64,000 nucleotides of DNA from Candidatus Bathyarchaeia archaeon (GCA_050013255.1 JBEKFP010000001.1:992001-1056000), one strand, 5' to 3'. Shown: positions 49,260 through 59,098, numbered from the stretch's first letter. Notes: generated from the letters alone by a model not told the origin. Program-made: numbers and translations.

Positions 49260-50234
49260 TCACCCAGAAGTTAGCTGCCAACTGAGCACTTTCTTGTCTG
49301 CGAGGTTCACGAGTACTCCTCGCAGTATTCCCTCCGAGTATTCGCTGCCGGGGTTGACGACTTGTGTTCTCCCAATTTTACATACCCCTCTGGACTCGTG
49401 TACGTGACCGCACAAGTCGATTAGCGGTTGATACTTGTCAATTGCTTTTCGAACCGCTGCGCTTCCAGCTCCAAACATGATAGGTTGTCCACCACGATCA
49501 ACCACAGGTTTTGGAGGGTACACCGAGTCGTCTAACTTCTGAACAGTGTCTAGGCCGCAGTCTATTGGTGGACTGTGGAAGTTGAAAACACAATTGGCCG
49601 TGTTTGTCACAGAGGCCATTACTTTCTCAATGCGTTCACTGAGTTCCCCTTCATTGCATTCACGCGGGCATTTCCAAGGAGTTGGATTGCTCCATCCCAT
49701 GCTTGCCATTTCATGAAGCGGATCGATCTTGACCACCTTGTTATCTGGATTCTTCACGTGCTTAGTCTCCTTGATCTCGTCGATAACCTCCTGCATGTCA
49801 TCGTTTCCACCAGTAATGAAGCAAGGGGTGTTCGATTCGCTTAGAACTCGTTCGGCCAAATCAATCCAACGAACAAGCGTTTCCTTCATAACCTTGACAA
49901 AGAGAGCGTCAACCTTCTCCTTTGAAGCTTGGAGCTCTTCCATCTCAGACATGCTGCAATGGTAGTAGTAGTAACCGCTGTCGCCTATTCGCCGTTCCAG
50001 ATCCTTGACAGCTTCAGGAGTCTTGAGGATTTCTTCATTCCCAACGAACCTTGCTCTGAATGTCCCGTCACCCAGATCTACAATCGGTATCACGAGTTTC
50101 CCGGTGACATCTCCCCCCAGCACAAGAACATCTGCCTTGTAGAATTTGGTAGCGGCTAAGAATTTCGTGAAGCAGCGCTCAGATCCGTGGATGTCCGTCG
50201 CAAAGAAGACCCTTGTGAATTTCTTTCCTTGCAT
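49260..50234 (-). CDS. Icc-related metallophosphoesterase, copy 2
   Basis: DIHG, GDVTGK, GGNDD, NPTPW..PRE, HSPP, CGHVHES, NPGSEY. Confidence 0.88.
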   Translation of the reverse strand: MQGKKFTRVFFATDIHGSERCFTKFLAATKFYKADVLVLGGDVTGKLVIPIVDLGDGTFRARFVGNEEILKTPEAVKDLERRIGDSGYYYYHCSMSEMEELQASKEKVDALFVKVMKETLVRWIDLAERVLSESNTPCFITGGNDDMQEVIDEIKETKHVKNPDNKVVKIDPLHEMASMGWSNPTPWKCPRECNEGELSERIEKVMASVTNTANCVFNFHSPPIDCGLDTVQKLDDSVYPPKPVVDRGGQPIMFGAGSAAVRKAIDKYQPLIDLCGHVHESRGVCKIGRTQVVNPGSEYSEGILRGVLVNLADKKVLSWQLTSG

Positions 50235-50411
50235 TCAAACTTCTCTCGTTGTGTTTCCTTCCAAGGCACCGTCTTTGCCAGTGAATTTAATACCTATGCA
50301 CACCTTCCTTAGATGAAAAATAGGGCTTCAGCCTGACTTTATATATTATAAGATAACTTCGTAGCATTTTCTTATATTGGCAAGCGTTCTAGTCCCCCGC
50401 GTTGATTAAGT

Positions 50412-51599
50412 ATGGATCTTCCACCTATCAAGACTTTAATGACTCCTGGTCCCGCAGAAGTTTATCCTGAGATTCTCGCCCTGCTAAACAGGCCTCAACT
50501 CATACATTATGGCAAAGCTTGGGGTGATTTTCACAGGGAAACCTGCCGTTCACTTAGCCCTCTTTTCGGAACAACTCAGGAACCAATATTGCACTATGGC
50601 CCCGGCAGCATGTGTATGGAGGTCGGTATGGCCAACACTCTCAATGAAGGAGACCACGTGATCAACGTAATCACCGGCTACTTCGGCCATAGGTGGGAGG
50701 ATATGTTGAAACAAAGAAAACTCATTCCCCACAGTATAACCGCTGTCGTAGGACAAACAATTCCACCTGAGGCGGTTGAGAAGGCGTTCAAAGAACACAA
50801 AGAGGCGAAAGCAATTGTGGCATGCCAAGTGGATACCTCCACGGGCGTACTTAGCCCAATTCAACAATATGCGGAAATTGCTAGGAAGTACGGGGCGTTC
50901 TTCATCTTGGACGCGATATCTGCTTTCGGCGGAGTACCGCTCGAAATGGACAAGTGGGGATTGGACTATTGCGTTGGATATCCGAGCAAATGCCTCAGCT
51001 CAATCTCAGGAGTTACACCCGTTGCGATATCAAAACGGGTATGGGAAGTCGTGGAGACAGAAGAGCATAAGGCCGGTTGGTACTTTGATCTCAAAACCTA
51101 CAAGTGGTACTTTCATGATTGGGGGTCATGGGGACACCCCTACCCAACCACGATACCAATCCAAGCCGTCATAGCCATTCGGGAAGCGGTTAACATTATC
51201 CAGCGCGAAAGGCTTCAGAATTGTCACTTGAGGCACCAAAGGTCTGGGAAGGCGGTACGCGCAGCCGTCCGCGCTATGGGAATGAAGTGCCTTGCGAATG
51301 AAGAGGTTGCATCACCGACCGTCACACCAATCATAGTCGGAGACGACTTGGAGAAGAGAGTGCAGGCAATTATGGCTGAGAAACACAACATTCACGTCGG
51401 AGTGAGCCTGGTTTCGCCAGTAACAATCCGGTTCGGGCACATGGGACGATCAGCCTACCCAGATTTGATACTTGGCACAATCTCAGCACTTGAATCCGTC
51501 CTAGCGGAACTCGGCAGACCCATAAAGTGGGGTGCAGGGCTCGCCGCCGCCCAAGAACACCTGGCTTCTACAACAAGACCCATCCTAGTCGAACATTAG
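50412..51599 (+). CDS. Class V aminotransferase (alanine-glyoxylate/serine-pyruvate type)
   Basis: MTPGP, DTSTGV, DAISAFGG, PSKCL, RFGHMG. Confidence 0.9.
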   Translation: MDLPPIKTLMTPGPAEVYPEILALLNRPQLIHYGKAWGDFHRETCRSLSPLFGTTQEPILHYGPGSMCMEVGMANTLNEGDHVINVITGYFGHRWEDMLKQRKLIPHSITAVVGQTIPPEAVEKAFKEHKEAKAIVACQVDTSTGVLSPIQQYAEIARKYGAFFILDAISAFGGVPLEMDKWGLDYCVGYPSKCLSSISGVTPVAISKRVWEVVETEEHKAGWYFDLKTYKWYFHDWGSWGHPYPTTIPIQAVIAIREAVNIIQRERLQNCHLRHQRSGKAVRAAVRAMGMKCLANEEVASPTVTPIIVGDDLEKRVQAIMAEKHNIHVGVSLVSPVTIRFGHMGRSAYPDLILGTISALESVLAELGRPIKWGAGLAAAQEHLASTTRPILVEH

Positions 51600-51701
51600 C
51601 GAATGGCAACCAACAAGCACCTTCGTACGGCCCCGTTCAGGCAGATCTTAGGCCACATCATGGGCCGGAACGACTCTTAGGACGTAATGTTGAGCTCACG
51701 G

Positions 51702-52949
51702 TCAAGAATGAACTTTCGCTTTGATTTGGGCGACTGAAGCTAAGGCTTCTATTGTCGGCTGAATAGGTGATGGCAGGACATATCTTTCCTTCAGAGAGGC
51801 GGTTTCTTTCAAACCGGTTCCCGTGATTACACATACCACATTATCCTGTGGCCCAACCGTGCCATCATCGACTAGATGCCGAAGAGCTGCTACGACGGAT
51901 GCGGAGGCTGGCTCAGCGAAGATACCCTCGCGGCTGGCTAGGAGGGCTTGAGCCTCGAGCATCTCCTTGTCTGTGACGGCGGTTGCGATGCCCCCTGACT
52001 TCTTAATCGCCCTCAAGGCTGCTAGGCCTGTAGGGGGGTGTTCCATGCAGATGCTTGAGGCGATCGTCTGTGGCTTGCTTATAGTGCGTATATGTTCATG
52101 ACCATCTCGCAGCGGTTCCGTCAGAGACTCGCACACACTCGCCTGGACGCCGACGAGTTTTGGCGGTTTCCCTGCCAAGTCCAATTTTTCGAGTTCTTCG
52201 AACCCCTTCCAGTTCGCCGCGATGTTGTCTCCGCCCCCAACTGGATAAAAAACCCAGTCGGGACGGTCTTTGGTTAGCAGCGATGAAATTTCATAGGCGC
52301 AAGTTTTCGCGCCCTCTGACTGGTATGGATTAGTTGGGCCGGACGTAGGTATCGGGTACCAGCCCCATTTATCATAAGCCTCCTTCAGAAGCTCCAGTGC
52401 CGCGTCAACAGGCGCTAGGATTGGGATTACTCTGGCCCCACAAGCCATCCCCTGGTACATTTTCGTTGGACTAGCCGTCGCCGGGACTATTATCCAGCAA
52501 TTCATACCCGCCTTCGCCGAATACACAGCAAGTGATGCGCCAGCGTTTCCAGAAGATCCGATCGACACATCTAAAACCCCACTTTCACGCGCGACGTTAA
52601 TGCCCACGCAAATCGAACGATCTTTGAAAGTCCCTGACGGATTTCTTGTTTCGTCCTTCAGATACAGCCGCTTGAGTCCGATGGATTCTGCCAGGCGATT
52701 GCCCGTCAGTAAGGGAGTGTTGCCTTCTCCTAAAGACACTGTGGGCATCGTGCCTTTGACTGGCAAAAGTAACGAATACTTCTCGATCATGTTGCTTCCT
52801 TTGCCGAACTCCCCTTTCGCTAGTGCATCTGCAACCATGTCCATATCATAGACTACTTCAAGCAATTCATGGTCGACGTCACACTTGAACAGCTTTCCGT
52901 ATTCGTATTCTTTCGAGCAGGAAATACACTTCAGTGCCCTAACAAACAT
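51702..52949 (-). CDS. Threonine synthase-like PLP enzyme, paralog 2
   Basis: CxxC, SLGEGNTP, NPSGTFKDR, SSGNAG, EGIFAEP, TGTGLK. ATG 52949 preferred to 53003. Confidence 0.88.
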   Translation of the reverse strand: MFVRALKCISCSKEYEYGKLFKCDVDHELLEVVYDMDMVADALAKGEFGKGSNMIEKYSLLLPVKGTMPTVSLGEGNTPLLTGNRLAESIGLKRLYLKDETRNPSGTFKDRSICVGINVARESGVLDVSIGSSGNAGASLAVYSAKAGMNCWIIVPATASPTKMYQGMACGARVIPILAPVDAALELLKEAYDKWGWYPIPTSGPTNPYQSEGAKTCAYEISSLLTKDRPDWVFYPVGGGDNIAANWKGFEELEKLDLAGKPPKLVGVQASVCESLTEPLRDGHEHIRTISKPQTIASSICMEHPPTGLAALRAIKKSGGIATAVTDKEMLEAQALLASREGIFAEPASASVVAALRHLVDDGTVGPQDNVVCVITGTGLKETASLKERYVLPSPIQPTIEALASVAQIKAKVHS

Positions 52950-53001
52950 CCAAGATTCCTCTCCAAATGACCGTGATCCGATTCCTCGTTCTTCACCTTC
53001 C

Positions 53002-53085
53002 AAGTTCCACTAGTAACTTGAATCGGACATTTCTTGAACGCGCCCACCTGCGCCTAGGTTTTGATATACCCTTCTAGTGGAACTT
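53002..53085. repeat. Perfect 12-bp inverted repeat AAGTTCCACTAG / CTAGTGGAACTT with a 60-nt spacer
   Basis: Arms at 53002-53013 and 53074-53085 flank a TATA-like box upstream of ThrC-like paralog 2. Confidence 0.6.
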
Positions 53086-53237
53086 TGTATTGATGACTGG
53101 GTGCACGCCGCTGGAGACTTTGGCAATCTTCGACTCGCCCACTTCAATGATTCTATCCCCTGCATCCCATGGCTCTACATTGGCAGATAGCTGACCCATC
53201 TTCATGCTCAACTCATTTTCTCCTCCATATGCAGCAT

Positions 53238-53699
53238 TCAGGTTCTTGATCTCATTCGGGATCTGGTGTAGTCACGTTCGAGTTGTCTCGCGTACTTATC
53301 CCAAACAGCATTAGCATGTTTCGTCCATTGGGCCTTGTTCGCGGCTATCTCCATCTTATTTCTGACTCTGAACGTGACGCTGAGCTGTGTCTTGCGCTTT
53401 CCGACCTTTGACAACTTATAGTCTGCAAACTCGTCATCCTCATCACCAATCCAGTCCAAGTGCCACGCGTTCGGTGGCTTCAACGTCACGACCTTGGCGG
53501 CGTTCAGGGACTTGCCGTTCAGCGTCCTCACTGAAATGATGTATCTGTTCCTCGTCTTCTCCAATATGGAGATCTTCTTTTTCTCGCCTGTAATTTTGTA
53601 GTCATCCTCCCTGAAATCGGTACACCAATCGTAAACGAACTTGACTGGCGCATTAAATATCTTCGACGCTGTTAGTGAGAAGGCTGGTAGCTTTGGCAT
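53238..53699 (-). CDS. SRPBCC (START/Bet v1-like) ligand-binding protein
   Basis: FNAPVKFVYDWCTDF, LKPPNAW, KTQLSVT, C-terminal helix. Confidence 0.7.
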   Translation of the reverse strand: MPKLPAFSLTASKIFNAPVKFVYDWCTDFREDDYKITGEKKKISILEKTRNRYIISVRTLNGKSLNAAKVVTLKPPNAWHLDWIGDEDDEFADYKLSKVGKRKTQLSVTFRVRNKMEIAANKAQWTKHANAVWDKYARQLERDYTRSRMRSRT

Positions 53700-53959
53700 A
53701 ATGAGCCTCGCGAGGGCCGCAGTCTATGTTGCTCAAAGGTCTTTGTACAAGTTTCGATTTCCGGAATTTATGATTTTGTGTGTTAGGTTTCGGTCGAGGT
53801 TTTCTACATATGCCTGGTGGCTTAAATTCTGTGCATGCCAAAGATTGAAGGAATTGATCAACTCGATTTTCGCTTGAATTCTACCGAAGTGACTCATCCA
53901 ATACCCTGATAGCCACTCTCTCACACCCCGTTCACAAACCCCCTTAGGAGGAATGAGAG

Positions 53960-54259
53960 ATGGTTTCTCAACTTAGACGATATACGATCAATAAAGGACA
54001 ACTCGATGACTTTCTTGATGCATGGACTAAGAATGTCGTTCCGCTTCGACGAAAACACGGTTTCAAAGTCGATGGCGCATGGACGATAAAGGATAGGAAT
54101 GAATTCGTCTGGATACTGACATACGACGGCCCGGAACAGTGGCAAACCAAGGTCGATGAGTACTTCTCTTCACCTGAACGCAAAGCGATGAATCCGGACC
54201 CGGGACATTTCGTAGCCAAAATTGAAGAATGGTTCATTTCACCCGTGAATTTCGCATAG
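53960..54259 (+). CDS. NIPSNAP-family protein
   Basis: QLRRYTI..GQLDDFL, HGFKVDGAW, FVWILTY. Confidence 0.85.
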   Translation: MVSQLRRYTINKGQLDDFLDAWTKNVVPLRRKHGFKVDGAWTIKDRNEFVWILTYDGPEQWQTKVDEYFSSPERKAMNPDPGHFVAKIEEWFISPVNFA

Positions 54260-54315
54260 AAACACGTTGCAATAGTCATAACCAGCCCCACGAATTCGTT
54301 CACGAAGGATTAGAG

Positions 54316-55512
54316 TTGAACGAAAGCACATATGCTACTGAATTGCAGTGTGTTGGTTGCGGGTCGAAATACAGGCTTGAAGAAACAGTCCTCACGTGTT
54401 CGAAATGTGGCGAAGTCCTCGACGTAAACTACGATCTAAGCCGTTTAAAGAAGAGAAAATCGTATCGTGAATCACTGAAGGAACGGAGTCACTCGTTATG
54501 GCGTTATCGTGAATTCCTTCCGATACTCTCCGATGACCAGATCGTATCCTTGGGTGAAGGGCTGACACCGCTTGCGAAAGTGCCCCGCTACGCACGCGCT
54601 GTTGAGCTCCATGGTCTGGTAATGAAACTGGATTACCTTAACCCTACCGGGTCTTTCAAGGATAGGGGGACCACGACCAGCGTTTCGAAGTTAAAGGAAT
54701 TGGGAGTCCACACTGCAATGGACGACTCATCAGGTAACGCGGGTTCCTCATTGGCAGCATACTGTGCTGCTGCAGGGATAGAATGCACACTGTACGTTCC
54801 AGCAACTGCGCCCCGCGAGAAACTCACGCAAGCTCAAATGTACGGCGCAAGAATCAACAAGATAACCGGCTCAAGGACAGACGTCGCAAAGGCGGCGGAA
54901 GCCGCTTGGAAGACAACGCGCATTTTTTACGCTTCGCACAATTTGAGCCCGTTCTTTTTCGAGGGAATGAAGACCGTAGCGTATGAAATATGTGAGGACT
55001 TGGTATGGCAGGCCCCAGACCACGTGATCTTTCCAGTCGGGGGCGGAACACTAATGGCTGGAGCTTGGAAGGGCTTTCGAGAATTGAAGGAACTCGGTTG
55101 GATAAGTCGCACGCCGAAACTTCACTGCACTCAATCAGATGCATGTATGCCGATAGTGAATGCTTTCCAAAGCGGCAGCGCGAAAGTTACGCCAGTCGAG
55201 GAAAAAGAAACAATTGCTGGAGGAGTACGAATTTCGAACCCTGGAAGGGGCCAGGAAGTTCTCGGGGCCGTGCGTGAAAGTGGAGGACAAGCTATTGCAG
55301 TAGCGGATGACGCGATTCTAAAACATCAGCAAATGATCGCTAGAAGCGAGGGCATCTTTCCTGAACCAACATCATGTGTACCTTTGGCAGGGCTTGAGAA
55401 ACTCCGCGAAGCAGGCGTTCTGAAAGCCGATGACGTAATCGTTGTACCACTTACAGGGTTTGGCTTGAAAGATGTCACAACTGCAATGGCATCGCTCAGC
55501 AGGAACAAATGA
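54316..55512 (+). CDS. Threonine synthase-like PLP enzyme, paralog 3
   Basis: CxxC...CxxC, SLGEGLTP, NPTGSFKDRG, DSSGNAG, EGMKT, TGFGLKD. TTG 54316 preferred to 54229. Confidence 0.88.
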   Translation: MNESTYATELQCVGCGSKYRLEETVLTCSKCGEVLDVNYDLSRLKKRKSYRESLKERSHSLWRYREFLPILSDDQIVSLGEGLTPLAKVPRYARAVELHGLVMKLDYLNPTGSFKDRGTTTSVSKLKELGVHTAMDDSSGNAGSSLAAYCAAAGIECTLYVPATAPREKLTQAQMYGARINKITGSRTDVAKAAEAAWKTTRIFYASHNLSPFFFEGMKTVAYEICEDLVWQAPDHVIFPVGGGTLMAGAWKGFRELKELGWISRTPKLHCTQSDACMPIVNAFQSGSAKVTPVEEKETIAGGVRISNPGRGQEVLGAVRESGGQAIAVADDAILKHQQMIARSEGIFPEPTSCVPLAGLEKLREAGVLKADDVIVVPLTGFGLKDVTTAMASLSRNK

Positions 55513-55624
55513 GACCTACTGCCTGGACAAAAGACGGGAAAATTAAGAGATAACCAAATTTCCGGATTTGAGAATCACACGGAGAGGTTTAGCATCGACA
55601 TATCCTCAATGATCTCGATACTTT

Positions 55625-56080
55625 GTGGGTACTGAGGAACAAGCCAAGGAATACTTCACTTCAGGTTTCAACTGCGCAGAATCCGTACTGCTAGCCCTAA
55701 GCAAGAAGCTGCTGTCGGGTGACGGCGCGGAGGCGTGCATTCCAATGATGGCTACGGGGTTCGGTGGTGGAATGGCCCTAAATGGAGACACGTGCGGTGC
55801 TTTGAGCGGCGGCATAATAGCAATCGGTTTGGTGCTCGGACGCAACCAACCACTCCAAAGCAGGGACCCGTGTTACAGTACAGTTGATCGCTTGTATCAG
55901 GATTTCAAGAAGGAATTTGGCACCTGCAAATGCTGCGAGCTGACGGGCGTTGACCTGAAGACCGCGGAGGGGCTCAATGCCCTCCACGGCAGGATCAGGG
56001 ACGAACGTTGCAAACCAATTGTTGAGTGGACAGCGAAAAGAACTAGTCAACTCATCCAGGAATTGGCGGGGAACATCTAA
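55625..56080 (+). CDS. C-GCAxxG-C-C family putative redox protein
   Basis: FNCAES, GFGGG, TCGALSGG, C.ELTG, RC. Confidence 0.88.
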   Translation: MGTEEQAKEYFTSGFNCAESVLLALSKKLLSGDGAEACIPMMATGFGGGMALNGDTCGALSGGIIAIGLVLGRNQPLQSRDPCYSTVDRLYQDFKKEFGTCKCCELTGVDLKTAEGLNALHGRIRDERCKPIVEWTAKRTSQLIQELAGNI

Positions 56081-56146
56081 GCAATATAGAGTATAGTCGT
56101 ACCCATTAAGAACTGGAAGAAGACGCTGAAAAATCGTATACTGAAA

Positions 56147-57604
56147 GTGAGCTTGAAATTGAAAGTCCCTTTGGCCGGAAAATACGTCGAAAGCGAGAAG
56201 ACGTTTGATGTCTATGACAAATATCTTGGAACAAAGTTAGACGCGGTTCCTTCGATGGGAACGCGGGAAGTTGACCTGGCTATTGAGGCTGCCGCGAACG
56301 CGTTCACTGATATGAGCCGATTGACTGCATTAGACAGGCAAGATGCGCTCCTTCAAGTCGCAGATGGGTTGATTGAAAGAAAAGGCGGCTTGGCCAAGAT
56401 ATTGATTTCAGAGGGAGGAATGACTGTCAAGCAAGCGGAGTTCGAGGTCGAGCGCGCATCAAAGATTTTCCGGCTCTACGCAACCGAGATACCACACCTA
56501 CATGGCGAGTCAGTTACACTCGATGCCGATATTCGCGGCAAGAACAAGCATGGGTACTGGTTCAGAGTCCCGGCTGGAATCATAGCCGCAATTACAGGAT
56601 TCAACAACCCTCTGGTACTCCTGGCTCACAAACTCGCACCTGCCTTCGCGGTTGGTGATGTGGTAATAGCAAAACCAGCATCGCTTGCACCGATATCCTC
56701 GATAGAAATGTGCAGCCTCTTCACAAAGACCGTCTTACCAGCAGCTGCAATCAGCGTGATAACCGGCGACGGACGACTCCTAGGCCCTCCAATTGTGAAG
56801 AATCGGCGAGTTAGAGTCGTGAGTTTTACGGGAGGAGTCGAGGCAGGAGAGGAAATTGCAAAGGTTGCAGGCCTGAAACGGTTAGTTATGGAGTTGGGAA
56901 GCAACTGCCCGAACATAGTCTGTTCCGATGCCAATCTGGACCACGCGGTAGAATCCCTGGTCGACGCTGCCTACTCCTACCAAGGCCAGAATTGCTTACA
57001 CGCTCAACGAATTTTAGTCCAAGATGGGATTTACGAAGACTTCAAGCAACGTTTTCTCAACTTAGCGTCGAAACTGAAGATGGGCGACCCAAGGCTTGAG
57101 TCGACGGAAATTGGTCCAATGATAAGCGAGCCTGCTGCGAAGAAGGTTGAGGAATGGGTCAACGAAGCGAAACGCTTAGGGGCAAAGGTATTGCTGGGAG
57201 GTGCTCGTTCAGGTGTTTTCTATCAACCCACCCTACTTGAAAGCGTCCCAGCGAACGCCAAAGTAATGATTGATGAAATCTTTGGGCCTGTTTCTTGCCT
57301 GATGAAATTCTCCGACATTAGAGAAGCGGTTAGAATCTCCAACACGTCTGATTACGGCCTTGGGGCGGCTATATTCACGAACAAGTTGGACTTGGTCATG
57401 TACGCAATCCTACATCTTCAATTTGGAATCATAAAGGTGAATGAGAGCACAGATGTTCGCCTCGACATAATACCCTTTGGCGGCTTCAAATCAAGCGGCC
57501 TTGGCCGCGAAGGATTGAAACAGGCCATCGAAGAAATGAGTGAAGTGAAGATGGTCGTCCACAATCTCGACGAACCACATTTCGCGGGGCACATGCAGAA
57601 TTAG
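56147..57604 (+). CDS. Aldehyde dehydrogenase family protein
   Basis: ITGFN, KPA, FTGG, MELGSN, GQNC, EIFGP, PFGGFKSSGLGREG. Confidence 0.93.
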   Translation: MSLKLKVPLAGKYVESEKTFDVYDKYLGTKLDAVPSMGTREVDLAIEAAANAFTDMSRLTALDRQDALLQVADGLIERKGGLAKILISEGGMTVKQAEFEVERASKIFRLYATEIPHLHGESVTLDADIRGKNKHGYWFRVPAGIIAAITGFNNPLVLLAHKLAPAFAVGDVVIAKPASLAPISSIEMCSLFTKTVLPAAAISVITGDGRLLGPPIVKNRRVRVVSFTGGVEAGEEIAKVAGLKRLVMELGSNCPNIVCSDANLDHAVESLVDAAYSYQGQNCLHAQRILVQDGIYEDFKQRFLNLASKLKMGDPRLESTEIGPMISEPAAKKVEEWVNEAKRLGAKVLLGGARSGVFYQPTLLESVPANAKVMIDEIFGPVSCLMKFSDIREAVRISNTSDYGLGAAIFTNKLDLVMYAILHLQFGIIKVNESTDVRLDIIPFGGFKSSGLGREGLKQAIEEMSEVKMVVHNLDEPHFAGHMQN

Positions 57605-57661
57605 TGGACCCATCAGACCCCAAACCTTTTTGATCTTACCAATCTGTGAGTGATCACACGC

Positions 57662-57742
57662 GTGTCCAATTCCATAGGACTCACAAAGGACCAAATCGAA
57701 ACTCCAGCATTGATAATAGACCTTGAAGGAGGTCGGTTCTAA
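57662..57742 (+). pseudogene. N-terminal stub of a DSD1 / D-threonine aldolase-type (alanine racemase fold) PLP enzyme
   Basis: GAGTGA RBS, then MSNSIGLTKDQIETPALIIDLE followed by a stop after 26 codons. IETPALIIDL is the typical start of this family. Confidence 0.55.
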
Positions 57743-57790
57743 GCGTCGTCCTGGAGCATGCTAAGACAACATTAGTACCTTACGAGTAGG

Positions 57791-59098
57791 TTACCGGAAA
57801 GTTATCTCGGACTGCGCTATTCTCCAAGCGGCGAGCCCTACAGCTTGCGCTACGGCACGGACTGCATTCCAATCGATATTGTCTATGTTCTCGTTGAGAC
57901 TATGGTAGTTGGGGTCGTCGGGTTTCCAGATGCATGTTGCGGGAACGCCGTTCGAATTCAACGCCCCCTCCTCCGGCGTGCCCCAGCTTGCGAACAAATG
58001 GCCGAACATTACGCCGATTTCTTTGCCGCAGGACTCAACATATCCGTTTAGCTTGGCATTGTGGGGAACGGAAGGTTCATCGCTCCATTTTCCTCCGTCA
58101 ATTATCCTTGCAGGGCCGCCGACACCAATCATGTCCATGTCGAGCGCAGCCACCAGGTTGCCGAGTTCTCCCTTCTCACGACGGTTTCGGATGTATTGGA
58201 AGATACCGTCTGTTATTCCCTCTTCGCTTGTGGTTGACAGGAATTCAACCGTTCTTCGAGTTCGCGGTAGTTGTCCGAATATTCGTGCGAGTTCGAGCAC
58301 GGCGACCGTGCCAGTGCCATTGTCATTGGCGCCTGAGCAAGCGCCGTCGTCACGGTGTGCCAGAACTACAATATGCTCATCCGGCTTTTCTGTGCCCTTC
58401 AACAGTCCACGTAAGTTCCAACCCTTTCTAGGTTCAGTCGTGCAGTCAACACTTATTCGGGCTCCGAGCTTTCCATGGCCGATGTGATATAGGAGCGGCA
58501 TCGCGTCGTGGCATCCAATCGTGATGCAAGGGACCTGTTCTTCAAGACTGGGATAGCCGCCGCGCCATCCTTTGCTATGGTCCCACAACCCGAAAGAAGC
58601 TGAGGGTGTGAAGGGCACGGGTGACGTGTGACAGATGACCAGAGCAGTGGCACCCAGCTTCGCTGCTCGGGTTATTTGAAAACCGAGCCAAAACATTGGG
58701 TCGCCAGCGTTCGCCGAGGCGACGGCTATCTTGCCTTTGAGATCGATAGCCTCCATCTCTTTCTCCGTGCCGCCACCTACATACGCGAGTTCTCCCTCGA
58801 CTTCACTACCTTGAGTGGGCTTAGAGTAGTAGGCTGCTTTACAATCTATGCTACGGGACATCGGAGAACTAATTTTGAAAGTTGCTCCACGATATTCGAA
58901 GGTCAACGTTTCGACGGGATCTTGCAAGACGGTTAGTCCGCATGACTGGAAATGCCTTGTAACGTAATCGATTGATTTGCGGTCACCATCGGTTCCAAGG
59001 AATCTATCGCCTATTTCTTCTGAGAGAACTCGATCGTATTCACGCATCTTCCAGCAGTTGATTTCAGATACGATCTTCTCCTCTTCCTTTGAGAGCAT
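57791..59098 (-). CDS. M28-family metallopeptidase with PA domain
   Basis: GELAYVG.G, LKGKIAV, LAHRD, GANDNGTG, SEE, DMDMIG, YHS. Confidence 0.88.
   Translation of the reverse strand: MLSKEEEKIVSEINCWKMREYDRVLSEEIGDRFLGTDGDRKSIDYVTRHFQSCGLTVLQDPVETLTFEYRGATFKISSPMSRSIDCKAAYYSKPTQGSEVEGELAYVGGGTEKEMEAIDLKGKIAVASANAGDPMFWLGFQITRAAKLGATALVICHTSPVPFTPSASFGLWDHSKGWRGGYPSLEEQVPCITIGCHDAMPLLYHIGHGKLGARISVDCTTEPRKGWNLRGLLKGTEKPDEHIVVLAHRDDGACSGANDNGTGTVAVLELARIFGQLPRTRRTVEFLSTTSEEGITDGIFQYIRNRREKGELGNLVAALDMDMIGVGGPARIIDGGKWSDEPSVPHNAKLNGYVESCGKEIGVMFGHLFASWGTPEEGALNSNGVPATCIWKPDDPNYHSLNENIDNIDWNAVRAVAQAVGLAAWRIAQSEITFR

Noticed and set aside
53010-53215. Minus-strand frame MKMGQLSANVEPWDAGIESLKWASRRLP, faintly like an adenosylhomocysteinase N-terminus
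   Set aside because: The similarity is too short and weak to support a call.
55625-56080. Selenocysteine in the C-GCAxxG-C-C protein
   Set aside because: All motif cysteines are encoded by TGC/TGT; there is no in-frame TGA.
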